The notes: generated from the sequence alone by a model not told the origin. DNA of 64,000 nt from Candidatus Zhuqueibacterota bacterium (GCA_049322915.1 JBMOPW010000044.1:96001-160000), one strand, 5' to 3'; numbered from the stretch's first letter, positions 20,688 to 31,188 are shown. Made by a program: numbers and translations.

Positions 20688-23600
20688 ATGAAAAAACTTA
20701 CGATTGCCACTTTAATTATTTTGATTGGAAGCGGTGTTTCCCTGTCTCAGGCGCAAAAAAGGTTGGCGATTTTACAGCCAACTGAGCCGGGGAAGGTGAG
20801 CCGGGCTATCCCAATTGCCCAGGAAGAAGTTGACGATAAAGAACAATTGTTGAAAAAACTGGCCCAGGCGAAAATGCAATTTGCAGCGACTTCCGATGAT
20901 GCAATTTTCAGGGATTATAAAGGTGATAGCCTCAGTTTCTCGGTCAACGATACCGGCTTTGTTTATTTCGATCCCGGTGTTCCGTGCCGAATAAAGGAGA
21001 TTGGGCTGTTCACCCAAAAAGTAAACAATAAAATGGGAGATGGCTATTTTCTTTGGATCAAAAATTCCAACTGGCATGCGGATACGCCGCCGGACAGCAT
21101 CGATGAAAAAGGCTGGGCCGGCGTATGGAATGAGCACAAATCGTGGGAACCAAGTGACTGGGGAATTTACCCGACCGGGGCAGTGTTGTGGGGTGAATTC
21201 CCTGTCACTGCATTGGATGGCGGATGGTCATGGACGACTATGGAATGGCTGGGATATGAACCAGATGTGGGTTTGGATGATTTTTGTGTTGTCTTTTCTC
21301 CGTATGGCGATCCTGCTTATAAAACCGGCTTTCTGGCCAGCGATTCGTCCCAGTCGATGGAGCATCATACCTGGAAATACTTTCATCCGGCCAATGCAAT
21401 TCCCGGGCCGGACGGCGAGCATTACGGCTGGTTCCATCTCAGCGCCGGCCTGGCAATTTATGCCGTGGTGGAATATTACGGGATGGTGAACGAGCCGCCA
21501 ACCATTCTCCAGGCGACGCAACTCCGAAACACCCACTCCACTGGCCCATTCACCGTGAAAGCCCAGATTACAGACACCGATGAAGTCGATCCAGACCGCG
21601 CCGGCGTCCAGGCCGCATTCCTTGCCTATAGCACCGACGAAGGAGCGCATTTTGATTCAACGAGAATGAGCGAATCGGAACAGCCAAATTTTTATATTGG
21701 TCAAATTCCTTCGATGCCTTACGATACACAAGTCCACTATTATGTCAGCGCGTTCGATTCCAGCGGTTTGTACAGCCGTAAAACCCTCAATCCCTTCAGC
21801 ATTCAGCTTTTTCGAAAATTATCTATTGGCGAAGTGACCTCCGAAGCAAAAAGTTCGTCCGGCGCCAGTTGGGCTGATTATGACAATGATGGATATTACG
21901 ATCTTCTTGTCACAAACTGGTTCGGCGATAAAAACAGTCTGTTCCGCGGTGGGAGAAACGGCGCGTTCACCAGAATCACCGATTCTGATCTCGTCAATGA
22001 AGCGTTTCAGGCGACGAGCAGCCGCTGGGCCGATTTTGACAACGATGGCGACCTCGATCTATTTGTGACCAATGCCGGCGGCGATAATTCTTTGTATGAA
22101 AATAGAAATAGCGGCTCAAGCTTTTCGCGGATCATGTCCGGCAGCATCGTTCGCGACGGCGGAGCTTCCAATTCCTGCGCCTGGGGCGATTTTGATAATG
22201 ACGGTTTTGTGGATTTGTTTGTCGCCAATGGAAATGGCGAAAACAATTTTCTCTACCGCAACAATCACAATGGCACATTCACGAAAGTGACGGATGGCCC
22301 GGTCGTGAACGACGGCGGCAGTTCCACGGACGGCTGCTGGGGCGATTTCGACTCGGATGGCGATCTGGATTTGTTTGTGACAAACACGAATAACGAGCAT
22401 AATTTTTTATATCGAAATGAGGGACAGGGCGTATTCACTAAAATCAGCGATGGCATAGTCGTCAACGATTTTGGGATGTCCGCCGGGGCCAATTGGGTCG
22501 ATTTTGACAATGACCGGGATTTGGATTTGTTCGTCGTGAATTCGAACCAGCAATTCAATTGTTTGTACAGGAATAACGGCGACGGCGCGTTCACGAAAAT
22601 TACAGATGACATTGTCGTTTCCGACTGGGGCGATTCCCGCGGAAGCGCCTGGGCCGATGTGGACAAAGACGGCGACCTGGATTTGTTCGTCGCCAATGCT
22701 GGAAATCAACATAACTGTTTCTATCTCAATGTGGGAAATGGCGCATTTCAGAAACAGACGTCTTCGGAAATTGCCACTGACTATGGCCAGTCCACCGGCG
22801 TCAGTTGGTGCGACTTCGACCATGATGGGGATTTGGATTTATTCGTGACAAATGATAACGGCGAGACCAACGATTTTTACCAGAACCTGGGAACAGAAAA
22901 TAACTGGATCAATATCAAATTAGTGGGAAGCGAATCCAACCGGGCCGGAATCGGCGCTAAAGTTTTGGTAAAGGCAACCATCGACAGCAGCGAGGCGCGC
23001 TGGCAAAGGCGTGAGGTCTCCGGCCAGGCCAAGTCCAGCCAGAGCTGCATGAACGAAACATTCGGCCTGGGTGTTGCCACGGTTATCGATTCCATCTGCG
23101 TCCAGTGGCCTTCCGGAAAAATTCAGGTTTTGACCGATGTGGCAGTGAATCAGTTTTTAGAAATCAATGAAGCCGAGCCCATTTTCACGCGTGTCACGAG
23201 TGGGAATGTTGTCAACGATGGCGGGCTGTCTCTGGGTTGCAGTTGGGGCGACTACGATGGCGACGGCGACGATGATTTGTACGTTTGCAACGGCAGCAAA
23301 TTCGAAGATCGCCCGAACTTCTTCTACGAAAATAATGGCGACGGCATGTTCACGAGGATTGTTTCAGGTGCGATTGTTGAAGATAACAAGCGAACTTTCG
23401 GCAGCAGTTGGGCCGATTACGATAACGACGGCGACCTGGATTTGTTTGTGACAAATTATTATGGTGGCTACAATGCGCTCTTTACCAATGACGGAAATGG
23501 CAATTTTTCCCTGGTCGGCGGAAAAAAGCTGGCGACCAAAGGCTCCAATAACACGGCGTGCAGTTGGGTGGATTACGATAATGATGGCTTGCTGGACTTA

Positions 23601-25886
23601 TTGGCGACCGGCGTATACAGCCTTTTTGTGCTCCACAATGTGGGCAATGGCACGCTCGTGCCTGTCTCCTCATCTTCAATCTTCAACAATGATGAAGAAT
23701 CCCTGGGGTGCGGTTGGTCGGATTTTGACAATGACCGGGATGTGGATTTGTTCATTGTGAACAGTATGGAACACGATGCGATTTTCAGGAATGAAGGCGC
23801 AGGAATTTTTACGAGGGTAACGAACGGCGTCATTGTCAGTTTACCGACATTCTCAAACGGATGTAGCTGGGGCGATTATGATAACGATGGAAATATAGAT
23901 ATTTTTATTACGTTTGCTTACGGCCATAACAAGCTCTATCGAAACAACGGCTTTGGCGCGTTCACCCCGATCACAAAAGGCCCAATCGTGACAAAATCAC
24001 CGGCGATTTCAACCGGCAGTTGCTGGGGCGATTTCGACAATGACGGAAACCTTGACCTGTTTGTGGCGAATAATGGCAGCAATAATTATTTTTATTTGAA
24101 CCGTGGGGACGGCAATTTCACCGCGCTCGAAAGCGAGGCAGTCGTTTCTGATGGCGGGCTTTCCATGGCCGCGTGCTGCAGCGATGTCGATCTGGATGGC
24201 GACCTGGATTTGTTCGTTTCCAACGGCTCCAACCATGACGACCAAAATAATTTCTTGTACCTCAACAATGGGAATGAAAATAACTGGATTAATATCCGGT
24301 GTATCGGCCAAGTTTCCAACGTCTCGGCCATCGGGGCGAAAGTGAAGGTGATGGCGGAAATTCAGGGCAAACTGCGCTGGCAATACAGGGAAATTTCATC
24401 GCAAACCGGCTATTTGAGCCAGAACAGCCTGGTCGCTCATTTCGGGCTGGGCGCTGCTGAAAAAATCGATTCGGTGGTTGTGGAATGGCCCTCCGGTCTG
24501 GATCAGGTGCTGACCGATATTTCTGTGAACCAGCATGTGACGATTCTGGAAACATCATCCATCTCATCCGTCATCACCGCTGAAATTCCTGTGGTCGCAG
24601 CATTTGCCGGTGATACCATCCTCGTTCCGTTCAATGTCCGGTTACCGGATTATCAGCATGTCCGTTCAGCAGAAATCGAAGTGAACGGTTATTTTGGCAG
24701 CCTGTCCCTTCTGGATGTGACGACCGAAACCAGCCTCACGTGGGACGCCGGGTGGACATGTCAATTTAATGAATCAGATAGTGTGACTTCGGTCTGGCTT
24801 GCCGGCGGTGATGCCATTGCCGGGGCGGGCGCCCTGTTTTATTTCAAATTTTTCGTCCCAACCGACCTGGTCGGCTTTGTACCTATTTCTCTGAAATCTG
24901 CTGTTTTCGACCAGGGTCAAATTCAAGTGATCCGAAGATCCGGCGGCGTGAATGTGTTGCCTCCCATTGTTTATGGCGATGTGGATTTGAACGGCGCCAT
25001 TCAGGCGTTTGACGCGTCGCTTATTCTGCAATATCTCGTCGGGAAAGTCGAATTCACAGGTCAGCAACTATTGAACGCCAACGTCACGATCGATTCAACG
25101 GTTTCTGCGCTGGATGCGACCATGATTTTGAAGTACGGCGTCGGCCTCATTCCTGCTTTGCCGGCTGATTCAGCGGCGTGTGATGCGCCTGCCTCCGGTC
25201 AAATTTTTATGGCTGATCAGGAAGTGACGCAGGGCCAGGCCGTGCAGGTTCCGCTCGTGTTAAGCAACGGCCAGAATATTTTTTCCTTCGAAGGAAAGGT
25301 GAATTTCAATCCGGAATATTTATCACTTCGGGAAATTCAGTGGCCCGAGCCGATGGATAATTTCGCCCTGCAAATGAATGAAGCAAGCGGGGAACTCAAA
25401 ATTTCAGGCGCTGGGGCGCAAAGCACGATGGAATCCGGGCTGTTCGCCAATCTGAATTTTCTAGTGAAAGAAAACCTCGCAGTCGATTCCATCCTTGTCG
25501 CGCTGGAATACCTGCGCTGGAATGAAAATGAACCGGTTCAACATGCTGCCGCGGCGACCCTGTATTTCACGTCTTCAATCGATGAAAAAAATAATGATCT
25601 GCCCCTGACCTATGCGCTGAATCAAAACTACCCGAATCCGTTCAATCAACAAACGACCATTCATTTCTCTTTGAGAGACGCGGACAGAGCGCAGTTGATT
25701 GTTTACGATGAACGCGGCTGTTCCGTGCGAACGCTCGTGGATGAAAATAAATCGGCCGGGAATTACGTTGCGTTTTGGGATGGTAAAAACAACCTCGGTG
25801 AAAGCGTGGCCAGCGGCATGTACATCTGTGTATTGAAAATCGGGAAGAGTGTGCTGCTATCGCGGCGGATGCTGTTGATCAAATGA
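20688..25886 (+). CDS. Large secreted protein: two FG-GAP/VCBS propeller + ASPIC/UnbV modules, cohesin-dockerin-cohesin, C-terminal FlgD/T9SS-type sorting domain
   Basis: Many WxDxDNDGDLDLFVxN repeats; two 'NNWINI..N..IGAKV..FGLG..WPSG' modules; dockerin YGDVDLNGAIQAFDASLIL; LNQNYPNPFN..WDGKN..ASGMY. Confidence 0.88.
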   Translation: MKKLTIATLIILIGSGVSLSQAQKRLAILQPTEPGKVSRAIPIAQEEVDDKEQLLKKLAQAKMQFAATSDDAIFRDYKGDSLSFSVNDTGFVYFDPGVPCRIKEIGLFTQKVNNKMGDGYFLWIKNSNWHADTPPDSIDEKGWAGVWNEHKSWEPSDWGIYPTGAVLWGEFPVTALDGGWSWTTMEWLGYEPDVGLDDFCVVFSPYGDPAYKTGFLASDSSQSMEHHTWKYFHPANAIPGPDGEHYGWFHLSAGLAIYAVVEYYGMVNEPPTILQATQLRNTHSTGPFTVKAQITDTDEVDPDRAGVQAAFLAYSTDEGAHFDSTRMSESEQPNFYIGQIPSMPYDTQVHYYVSAFDSSGLYSRKTLNPFSIQLFRKLSIGEVTSEAKSSSGASWADYDNDGYYDLLVTNWFGDKNSLFRGGRNGAFTRITDSDLVNEAFQATSSRWADFDNDGDLDLFVTNAGGDNSLYENRNSGSSFSRIMSGSIVRDGGASNSCAWGDFDNDGFVDLFVANGNGENNFLYRNNHNGTFTKVTDGPVVNDGGSSTDGCWGDFDSDGDLDLFVTNTNNEHNFLYRNEGQGVFTKISDGIVVNDFGMSAGANWVDFDNDRDLDLFVVNSNQQFNCLYRNNGDGAFTKITDDIVVSDWGDSRGSAWADVDKDGDLDLFVANAGNQHNCFYLNVGNGAFQKQTSSEIATDYGQSTGVSWCDFDHDGDLDLFVTNDNGETNDFYQNLGTENNWINIKLVGSESNRAGIGAKVLVKATIDSSEARWQRREVSGQAKSSQSCMNETFGLGVATVIDSICVQWPSGKIQVLTDVAVNQFLEINEAEPIFTRVTSGNVVNDGGLSLGCSWGDYDGDGDDDLYVCNGSKFEDRPNFFYENNGDGMFTRIVSGAIVEDNKRTFGSSWADYDNDGDLDLFVTNYYGGYNALFTNDGNGNFSLVGGKKLATKGSNNTACSWVDYDNDGLLDLLATGVYSLFVLHNVGNGTLVPVSSSSIFNNDEESLGCGWSDFDNDRDVDLFIVNSMEHDAIFRNEGAGIFTRVTNGVIVSLPTFSNGCSWGDYDNDGNIDIFITFAYGHNKLYRNNGFGAFTPITKGPIVTKSPAISTGSCWGDFDNDGNLDLFVANNGSNNYFYLNRGDGNFTALESEAVVSDGGLSMAACCSDVDLDGDLDLFVSNGSNHDDQNNFLYLNNGNENNWINIRCIGQVSNVSAIGAKVKVMAEIQGKLRWQYREISSQTGYLSQNSLVAHFGLGAAEKIDSVVVEWPSGLDQVLTDISVNQHVTILETSSISSVITAEIPVVAAFAGDTILVPFNVRLPDYQHVRSAEIEVNGYFGSLSLLDVTTETSLTWDAGWTCQFNESDSVTSVWLAGGDAIAGAGALFYFKFFVPTDLVGFVPISLKSAVFDQGQIQVIRRSGGVNVLPPIVYGDVDLNGAIQAFDASLILQYLVGKVEFTGQQLLNANVTIDSTVSALDATMILKYGVGLIPALPADSAACDAPASGQIFMADQEVTQGQAVQVPLVLSNGQNIFSFEGKVNFNPEYLSLREIQWPEPMDNFALQMNEASGELKISGAGAQSTMESGLFANLNFLVKENLAVDSILVALEYLRWNENEPVQHAAAATLYFTSSIDEKNNDLPLTYALNQNYPNPFNQQTTIHFSLRDADRAQLIVYDERGCSVRTLVDENKSAGNYVAFWDGKNNLGESVASGMYICVLKIGKSVLLSRRMLLIK

Positions 25887-26004
25887 TCCTCTCCCAACAT
25901 TAAAAAGAAGGAATATCATCGCATTGGAAATTTACATATTTCTTACTTTTTGTGTTCTTGCAGGAAATAACTGTTTGTCCAACTGGCGTATTCCGCGGGC
26001 TTTT

Positions 26005-26637
26005 TCATTGAATAAACGCCTCGTACATGAAAAGGCCCCCGGTTTCAAATGTCACCTGGCATCCATTTTCTGCAACCACGTTGCTGATGCCAATAAAATA
26101 TGATGGATAATTTTTCTCCGCCAGATTGAATTGAAAGCCGCTGAGCGAGAGTCCTGAAATTGGGCCTAATGAAAAGAAGGACACTGTGCTGCCTTTGACC
26201 ACATTGAGCGCATGATTCCCCGGCCGCAGCAGGGTGAGGCGGCCGAAGTTATCATAAATTTCCACCGGACATGTGCTATTGAATTCCTGCAGAATCAGCA
26301 GGTTGGCAGTCGAGTGGTCTGCCCGTTTCCCCAGGGCTGCCATGACTTTGATGCGCTGTGGCTTGAGCGATGCCGCAAAGTGAAGCGCCTTCTGCATGTC
26401 CGTCGTTTCCTGATCCGGGTCATGAATGATCCTGGCTGATGAGAAAAATTCGCGTTCAAGCCCTGTGGAAGAATCCATATCCCCAATGATGTAATGGGGC
26501 TGAATGTCCGCTGCCCGACAGGATTTTATCCCACCGTCCGTGACAATGATGATGTCTGACTGTTTGATGATTTTCTGCATCAGGCTCGCATGCAGCATTT
26601 CGCCATTGGCGATGATGGCAATGGTATTTCGATTCAC
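26005..26637 (-). CDS. thiN: Thiamine diphosphokinase
   Basis: IIANG, TDGG, IIGDMDS, DQETTDMQKAL, ALGKRADH, GISN. Start moved to GTG 26637 behind GGAG. Confidence 0.88.
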   Translation of the reverse strand: MNRNTIAIIANGEMLHASLMQKIIKQSDIIIVTDGGIKSCRAADIQPHYIIGDMDSSTGLEREFFSSARIIHDPDQETTDMQKALHFAASLKPQRIKVMAALGKRADHSTANLLILQEFNSTCPVEIYDNFGRLTLLRPGNHALNVVKGSTVSFFSLGPISGLSLSGFQFNLAEKNYPSYFIGISNVVAENGCQVTFETGGLFMYEAFIQ

Positions 26638-26750
26638 GTGCAAAGTTCTCCCAATAAAATGTTGACCGGGTCTTGCAACGTTGAACAGCCGGAATCGTTC
26701 ATAGTTCCTGCAATTCACGGGGACGACTCAGAACAGCGCTCTGTTTCACC

Positions 26751-27848
26751 TCATTCGTTTTTTTTGACGGGATCGGTCTCCGCCAATAGCGGATAGTCCA
26801 CCCTGCCCTGGGTCAGATCCGTCCGGCAACTGGGGCAGAAATTCCAGTCCGATTTAATGGGATACTGGCATTGCGGGCAAAATGTTTTGGATACATCGAA
26901 TCCGCAGTAGGGACAGAACGCTTTGGTGCCGTTCAGCTCTTTTTCGCACTGAGGACAAAAAAGCGACTTCGTCGTCTGCGGCCGGGTGAGCAGATAAATG
27001 ATCAATCCGAATGGCCCGGAAATGAGCGCTAAAAACGCCCAGAGGCCGGTGTTTTTGACATCGCGCTGCTGGGAATCGATGTACACCCACGTGGGCAGCA
27101 GGAACCAGAGAAACACGCCGGATAAAAAGAGCAGCACACCCAAAATTGGTTCAAGGACAGAATAGATGTCATTTTTTTCCAATCTATATTTGCTGTAATA
27201 CATTTCATGATTTACGGTATCATCGACCTTCAAATATAAGGTACCGATAATATTTCCTGTTTGGTCTGTAATTGGCGATTTTAAAACGAACCAGCTTACT
27301 TTGGAATGCCACCACTGATCCGGTTTTTGATCGTTATAGTATCGCCACTCGTTAGTCTCGAAATTTGTTTTGCTACTATTATCAAAATCAGAAAAATCAA
27401 TTTGGTCATATTTATTTATTAGTTTTTCTAAAAAATCAAGACGACTCCGATAGTATCCATCAGACTCAATTACATCAAAGTATTTGTCATAAGCCGAAAT
27501 GAGCCTGGCAAATGAAAAAGACGGGACACCGAAAATAAAAGCTCCCTGAGTTTCCATCCACAGATATTTTTTAATCGTATTTACCCGTTGATGTTCCTGT
27601 GTATATTTTGAATCCAGTTCCTGAATGATGAGCTGATCAACCGGATATTTCGTGATTGTCTTTGCAATTTCATCGAGATAATTTTGATTTTCTTCGATTA
27701 ATGCTGAGAAGTGGTCTTCCAGTTTTTGCTGGTGTTTTTTGTAATTCCAATTTCGATAGGGGATAGAGAGAATCAATAGAACAAAAGCAATAAAAAAAAT
27801 GATTCCGGCAATGGAACCAGATTTGTGGATTATTTTTTTTCGTTTCAT
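26751..27848 (-). CDS. Membrane protein with C-terminal double zinc ribbon
   Basis: TM helices, WVYIDSQQR..LW..GLIIYLLTRP, four CPxC motifs. Confidence 0.8.
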   Translation of the reverse strand: MKRKKIIHKSGSIAGIIFFIAFVLLILSIPYRNWNYKKHQQKLEDHFSALIEENQNYLDEIAKTITKYPVDQLIIQELDSKYTQEHQRVNTIKKYLWMETQGAFIFGVPSFSFARLISAYDKYFDVIESDGYYRSRLDFLEKLINKYDQIDFSDFDNSSKTNFETNEWRYYNDQKPDQWWHSKVSWFVLKSPITDQTGNIIGTLYLKVDDTVNHEMYYSKYRLEKNDIYSVLEPILGVLLFLSGVFLWFLLPTWVYIDSQQRDVKNTGLWAFLALISGPFGLIIYLLTRPQTTKSLFCPQCEKELNGTKAFCPYCGFDVSKTFCPQCQYPIKSDWNFCPSCRTDLTQGRVDYPLLAETDPVKKNE

Positions 27849-27934
27849 TTTACCCTCGTGTTAGTTAAGATTATTGGGTAGACGCTAACAAGCATTGAAT
27901 GCTTTGATACGTCTGGTGTGATATCTTTCCCAGG

Positions 27935-28052
27935 TCATTAATGACGTGGCTACTCAATCGAAAAAAATTAAAAGTGAGATAACCTGAATAGCCCCGACTT
28001 TTAAGTCGGGGAACAGAAATTTACCTTTGATTTTAGGCGTTAGCCCCTTATT
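27935..28052. repeat. REP-like palindromic repeat, copy A
   Basis: CCCCGACTT-TT-AAGTCGGGG hairpin; inverted homolog at 34690-34806 shares a 37-bp identical core. Confidence 0.8.
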
Positions 28053-28071
28053 AGAGTGGACTGATTATAGA

Positions 28072-28578
28072 TTACATATATTCAGTTGAAATTACCCTGA
28101 TATATTTTTGTTGATCGAAGATTAAAATTGGCGCGAGACAAAGTGTAATAAATGTACTAAAACAAAATAAAAAGAAAATGACTGTCCCGAAACTGCCGAT
28201 AGTTTGAATGAGCCAATTTTGTTGCAATATCAACCAAAGTTCAGTCCTTGTTAATTCATGCTGTAATATATAAATAGAAAACAGGATAAACATAATTGCA
28301 AATGCGAATTCGAAAAGTGGAAGAATCGGGATGGTGGATTTCTCGGTGATTGGAATCGGTTTTTCCTGTGGCAGTCCCGCCAAAATTTTGTCGAATGTGT
28401 CGCTGGCTGGCGCCTTGTCCTGCAAATTGTTCAGCAAAGCACCTGTCTCGTTCAGAATGGAAATGTATTCTCTGCACTGGCTGCACGCTTTGAGATGGCC
28501 TTTCACTTTTGCTTTCTGTTTGTTGGAGAGTTCGTTGTAGAAAAAAGCAGTCAGTTCATTTTTATTTGGATGACTCAT
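28072..28578 (-). CDS. Zinc-binding (zf-HC2) transmembrane anti-sigma factor
   Basis: H..HLKACSQC motif, two C-terminal TM helices, directly behind an ECF sigma gene. Confidence 0.85.
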   Translation of the reverse strand: MSHPNKNELTAFFYNELSNKQKAKVKGHLKACSQCREYISILNETGALLNNLQDKAPASDTFDKILAGLPQEKPIPITEKSTIPILPLFEFAFAIMFILFSIYILQHELTRTELWLILQQNWLIQTIGSFGTVIFFLFCFSTFITLCLAPILIFDQQKYIRVISTEYM

Positions 28579-28581
28579 GAT

Positions 28582-29196
28582 TCACCTTTGAATGGATGCA
28601 TCATTCAGGTCAGAGGGCGCTAAGATTTCCCGAAGCTGCGATATGGCGCGATGGAATCTGGCTTTGAGCGTGCCTTCGGGGGTTTCTGTAATCTCGGCAA
28701 TCTCTTTGAATTTCAATTGTTGAAAATGCTTCATGACGATGATTTCCCGCAGGACAGGACTGAGCTGTCCCAGCGCTTCGCCAATGACGTGTTTCAGATC
28801 GGACTGTTCGCTTGAATGATCCGGCAGCTCGCCGTGACTGTCCGCAATCTCATCCTGCCCTTCGTTCATTGCAGTGACATCCAGATAATGATAATCGTAG
28901 CGTTTTCGCGACAACTCATTTCGTGTCAGATTCAGCGCAATTTTCAGCACCCATCCTTTGAAATTGCCATGCATCAGATTGAATGTGTGCGCAGCCACCC
29001 AGACGCGGGTGAATGTCTCCTGCAGCAAGTCCTGAGCAAGTTCCCGGTTGCCGCTATATTTCAGGATGAAGTTGAAAATGAACAGTTCATACCGACAGTA
29101 AATAACCTCGAAGGCGCGGGTATCTCTATCGATGACACGTTTCATGAGTTCTTTGTCAGTATTCTGTTCCATTTTCTCCCAATCGATCTGCATCAC
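28582..29196 (-). CDS. ECF RNA polymerase sigma factor
   Basis: AQDLLQETF..FKGWVLKIALN; region 4 FKEIAEITETPEGTLKARFHRA. Confidence 0.92.
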   Translation of the reverse strand: MMQIDWEKMEQNTDKELMKRVIDRDTRAFEVIYCRYELFIFNFILKYSGNRELAQDLLQETFTRVWVAAHTFNLMHGNFKGWVLKIALNLTRNELSRKRYDYHYLDVTAMNEGQDEIADSHGELPDHSSEQSDLKHVIGEALGQLSPVLREIIVMKHFQQLKFKEIAEITETPEGTLKARFHRAISQLREILAPSDLNDASIQR

Positions 29197-29318
29197 TATA
29201 TACAGGATGATTTGAAAAATGGTTGTACGATTCAGGCATTTTTTTCAGAAAATCAGGGGTCATTTATAATTCGCGGGGATGAAGGAGAAACGCTGAATTT
29301 CGGTCGGCATGAATGGTG

Positions 29319-29352
29319 AAAAAAGTAGGGAATGCAAATGTACATTCCCTAC
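29319..29352 (-). terminator. Rho-independent terminator
   Basis: GTAGGGAATG / CATTCCCTAC with a T6 tail on the minus strand. Confidence 0.8.
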
Positions 29353-29366
29353 GGGCGATCTACTCA

Positions 29367-30860
29367 TTAAAATCTTTCCCAGATGGGCGCGATTCTGTCT
29401 TTACCGCGTGAGCCTAAAATGACCGGAGTGATTCCTGCAATTTCGCACAGGTAAATCAGGCTTTGCACATGGTCGCCGGCCACAGCGAGAATGTGATTGC
29501 AGGGGAACACGCTGACAAATTCATCGATGGAGCATTCCAGTTTGGCGTGAACGTGCGGCCAGGTGGGATCGGTCTGTTTGTTAATCTGGGAGCGTTTTGC
29601 GGCATCCAGTTCCAGAACTTCGCCGGGTACGATCACCATGTATGGCTTTTCATCCCACAATCCCAGTCGGGCAAACGTGAGCGGCCCCGGTTTGGCGTCG
29701 AATTCCACCGAAGCGCCGCCGGCTTTGAAATAGAACTCCAGCGCCGGATGGAAGCTGATGGTATTAAAATTGTCTTTCGGATCGCGACTCAGCGCGGCGT
29801 AGTAGCTGGCATGGTTTCCCGAATTGCAGAAATCCCAAATGCCCAACTCCGGATGGTACAGCCGCACATCCATGAACAGCGCCGGCATACCGCCACTGAT
29901 ATATTTCAGCAGTTGCATGGTGATGGCAGCGTAGGTGTCCGCCTCGGTGGCGCAGACAGTGGATTCTTTGGGGCCGCGCCAGTCATAGGGATCGTTCATC
30001 AGCATTTCCGGCACATCGCCCAGACACACGTATTCGGTCAATTCCCGCTGCCCTTTCAATCCGCAGAAGTCAAAGCCCTTGTTTTTGTTCACCATTTCCA
30101 TTGCCAGGTACAGCCGGATTTGGGTTTTCAGCGTTTGCGGCGTGAGCATTTTGCCGTCGTATTTCAGACGATCGCCCAGTAATTTTTCGAACCATTTCAG
30201 ACCTTTCTCCACTTCGGCTTCATCCACATGCTCCATCTGTTTCACGAGCCACAACTGATCAATCTGGCGGATGGTCGTGCCCAGGACTTTCAGCGTTGGC
30301 GTCAAATGCGAAAAACCCGTCTCCATGCCCATAGAATGGCCGCCGTAACAGCCGTACACTTCGTTGCGAATAGTGGTCACCGCCTGACTGGCGCGCACCC
30401 AATCAAGCACTTTTTTCCGCGTTTCCGGATCATTCTGCTCGCCGATGATGCGATGAGTGCGGATGCCCGCCTGGCGCAGCGCTCCATCCGTTGCCAGCAG
30501 TCCGACATTGCCGGGGAATTTCCCGTTGTTATTGGACAGGCTGAGAATTGGGATATTGCGGCCGATCGAGTTGAGCACGGGCCATACCAGAAATGGAAAA
30601 TTCCAGACATTGTAGCAGAAGATAATTTGTTTGCAGTTAGCCCTGGTGAGCTGTTCCCCGACGTGCTGCGCCGACCGCGCGTCGTAAATGATTTGATTCC
30701 CAATTTCCACGTCATAGGTTTCGCCGTAAAAATTGACGCCATCCGTTTTGATGATCTCGGCCCAGCTTTTCACGACGTCCATGTTCTGGGGATTGGTGGC
30801 AGAATGGACGTGAGGGCGTTCATCCGTTAACATCACAATTCCGATTTTTGTTTTTCGCAT
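29367..30860 (-). CDS. L-fucose/D-arabinose isomerase family protein
   Basis: GHSMGM, KGQRELTE, MMNDPYDW-like segment, ATEAD, FMDVR, CNSG, TWPH, NH. Start 30860 behind GGAGG. Confidence 0.85.
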   Translation of the reverse strand: MRKTKIGIVMLTDERPHVHSATNPQNMDVVKSWAEIIKTDGVNFYGETYDVEIGNQIIYDARSAQHVGEQLTRANCKQIIFCYNVWNFPFLVWPVLNSIGRNIPILSLSNNNGKFPGNVGLLATDGALRQAGIRTHRIIGEQNDPETRKKVLDWVRASQAVTTIRNEVYGCYGGHSMGMETGFSHLTPTLKVLGTTIRQIDQLWLVKQMEHVDEAEVEKGLKWFEKLLGDRLKYDGKMLTPQTLKTQIRLYLAMEMVNKNKGFDFCGLKGQRELTEYVCLGDVPEMLMNDPYDWRGPKESTVCATEADTYAAITMQLLKYISGGMPALFMDVRLYHPELGIWDFCNSGNHASYYAALSRDPKDNFNTISFHPALEFYFKAGGASVEFDAKPGPLTFARLGLWDEKPYMVIVPGEVLELDAAKRSQINKQTDPTWPHVHAKLECSIDEFVSVFPCNHILAVAGDHVQSLIYLCEIAGITPVILGSRGKDRIAPIWERF

Positions 30861-31150
30861 GATTTCCTCCAATTAATTTCTGATAATATTTCACCGATAA
30901 AATTGGCAACGACAACGAGTTGAATGAGTAAACGACTTTTAGCTGATGTGTCCGAACGGTTGAAGGCGTTGTTCATGGGTATGATGTTGATCTGTTTCCT
31001 GAATGCATTTTCCACCCCTGAGATATTGGAGCATCCAGCGCCTGGCTGGCTCGCCATGCAAGAATCAGCCAGCAAACCGAGTCGAATATACAAAAATAAA
31101 AAATGATTTGGAAGTAATATTTTCATTAAATGAATGGTTCGTTCCGGCGC

Positions 31151-31188
31151 AAAAAAAAGCTCTCTGTTAGGGTAGAACAGAGAGCTTT
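31151..31188 (-). terminator. Rho-independent terminator of the lexA unit
   Basis: 13-bp stem AAAGCTCTCTGTT / AACAGAGAGCTTT with a T8 tail on the minus strand. Confidence 0.9.

Noticed and set aside
21860..24290. Regularly spaced DNA repeats as a CRISPR array
   Set aside because: They are degenerate coding FG-GAP repeats in one reading frame, with no constant repeat-spacer structure or cas genes
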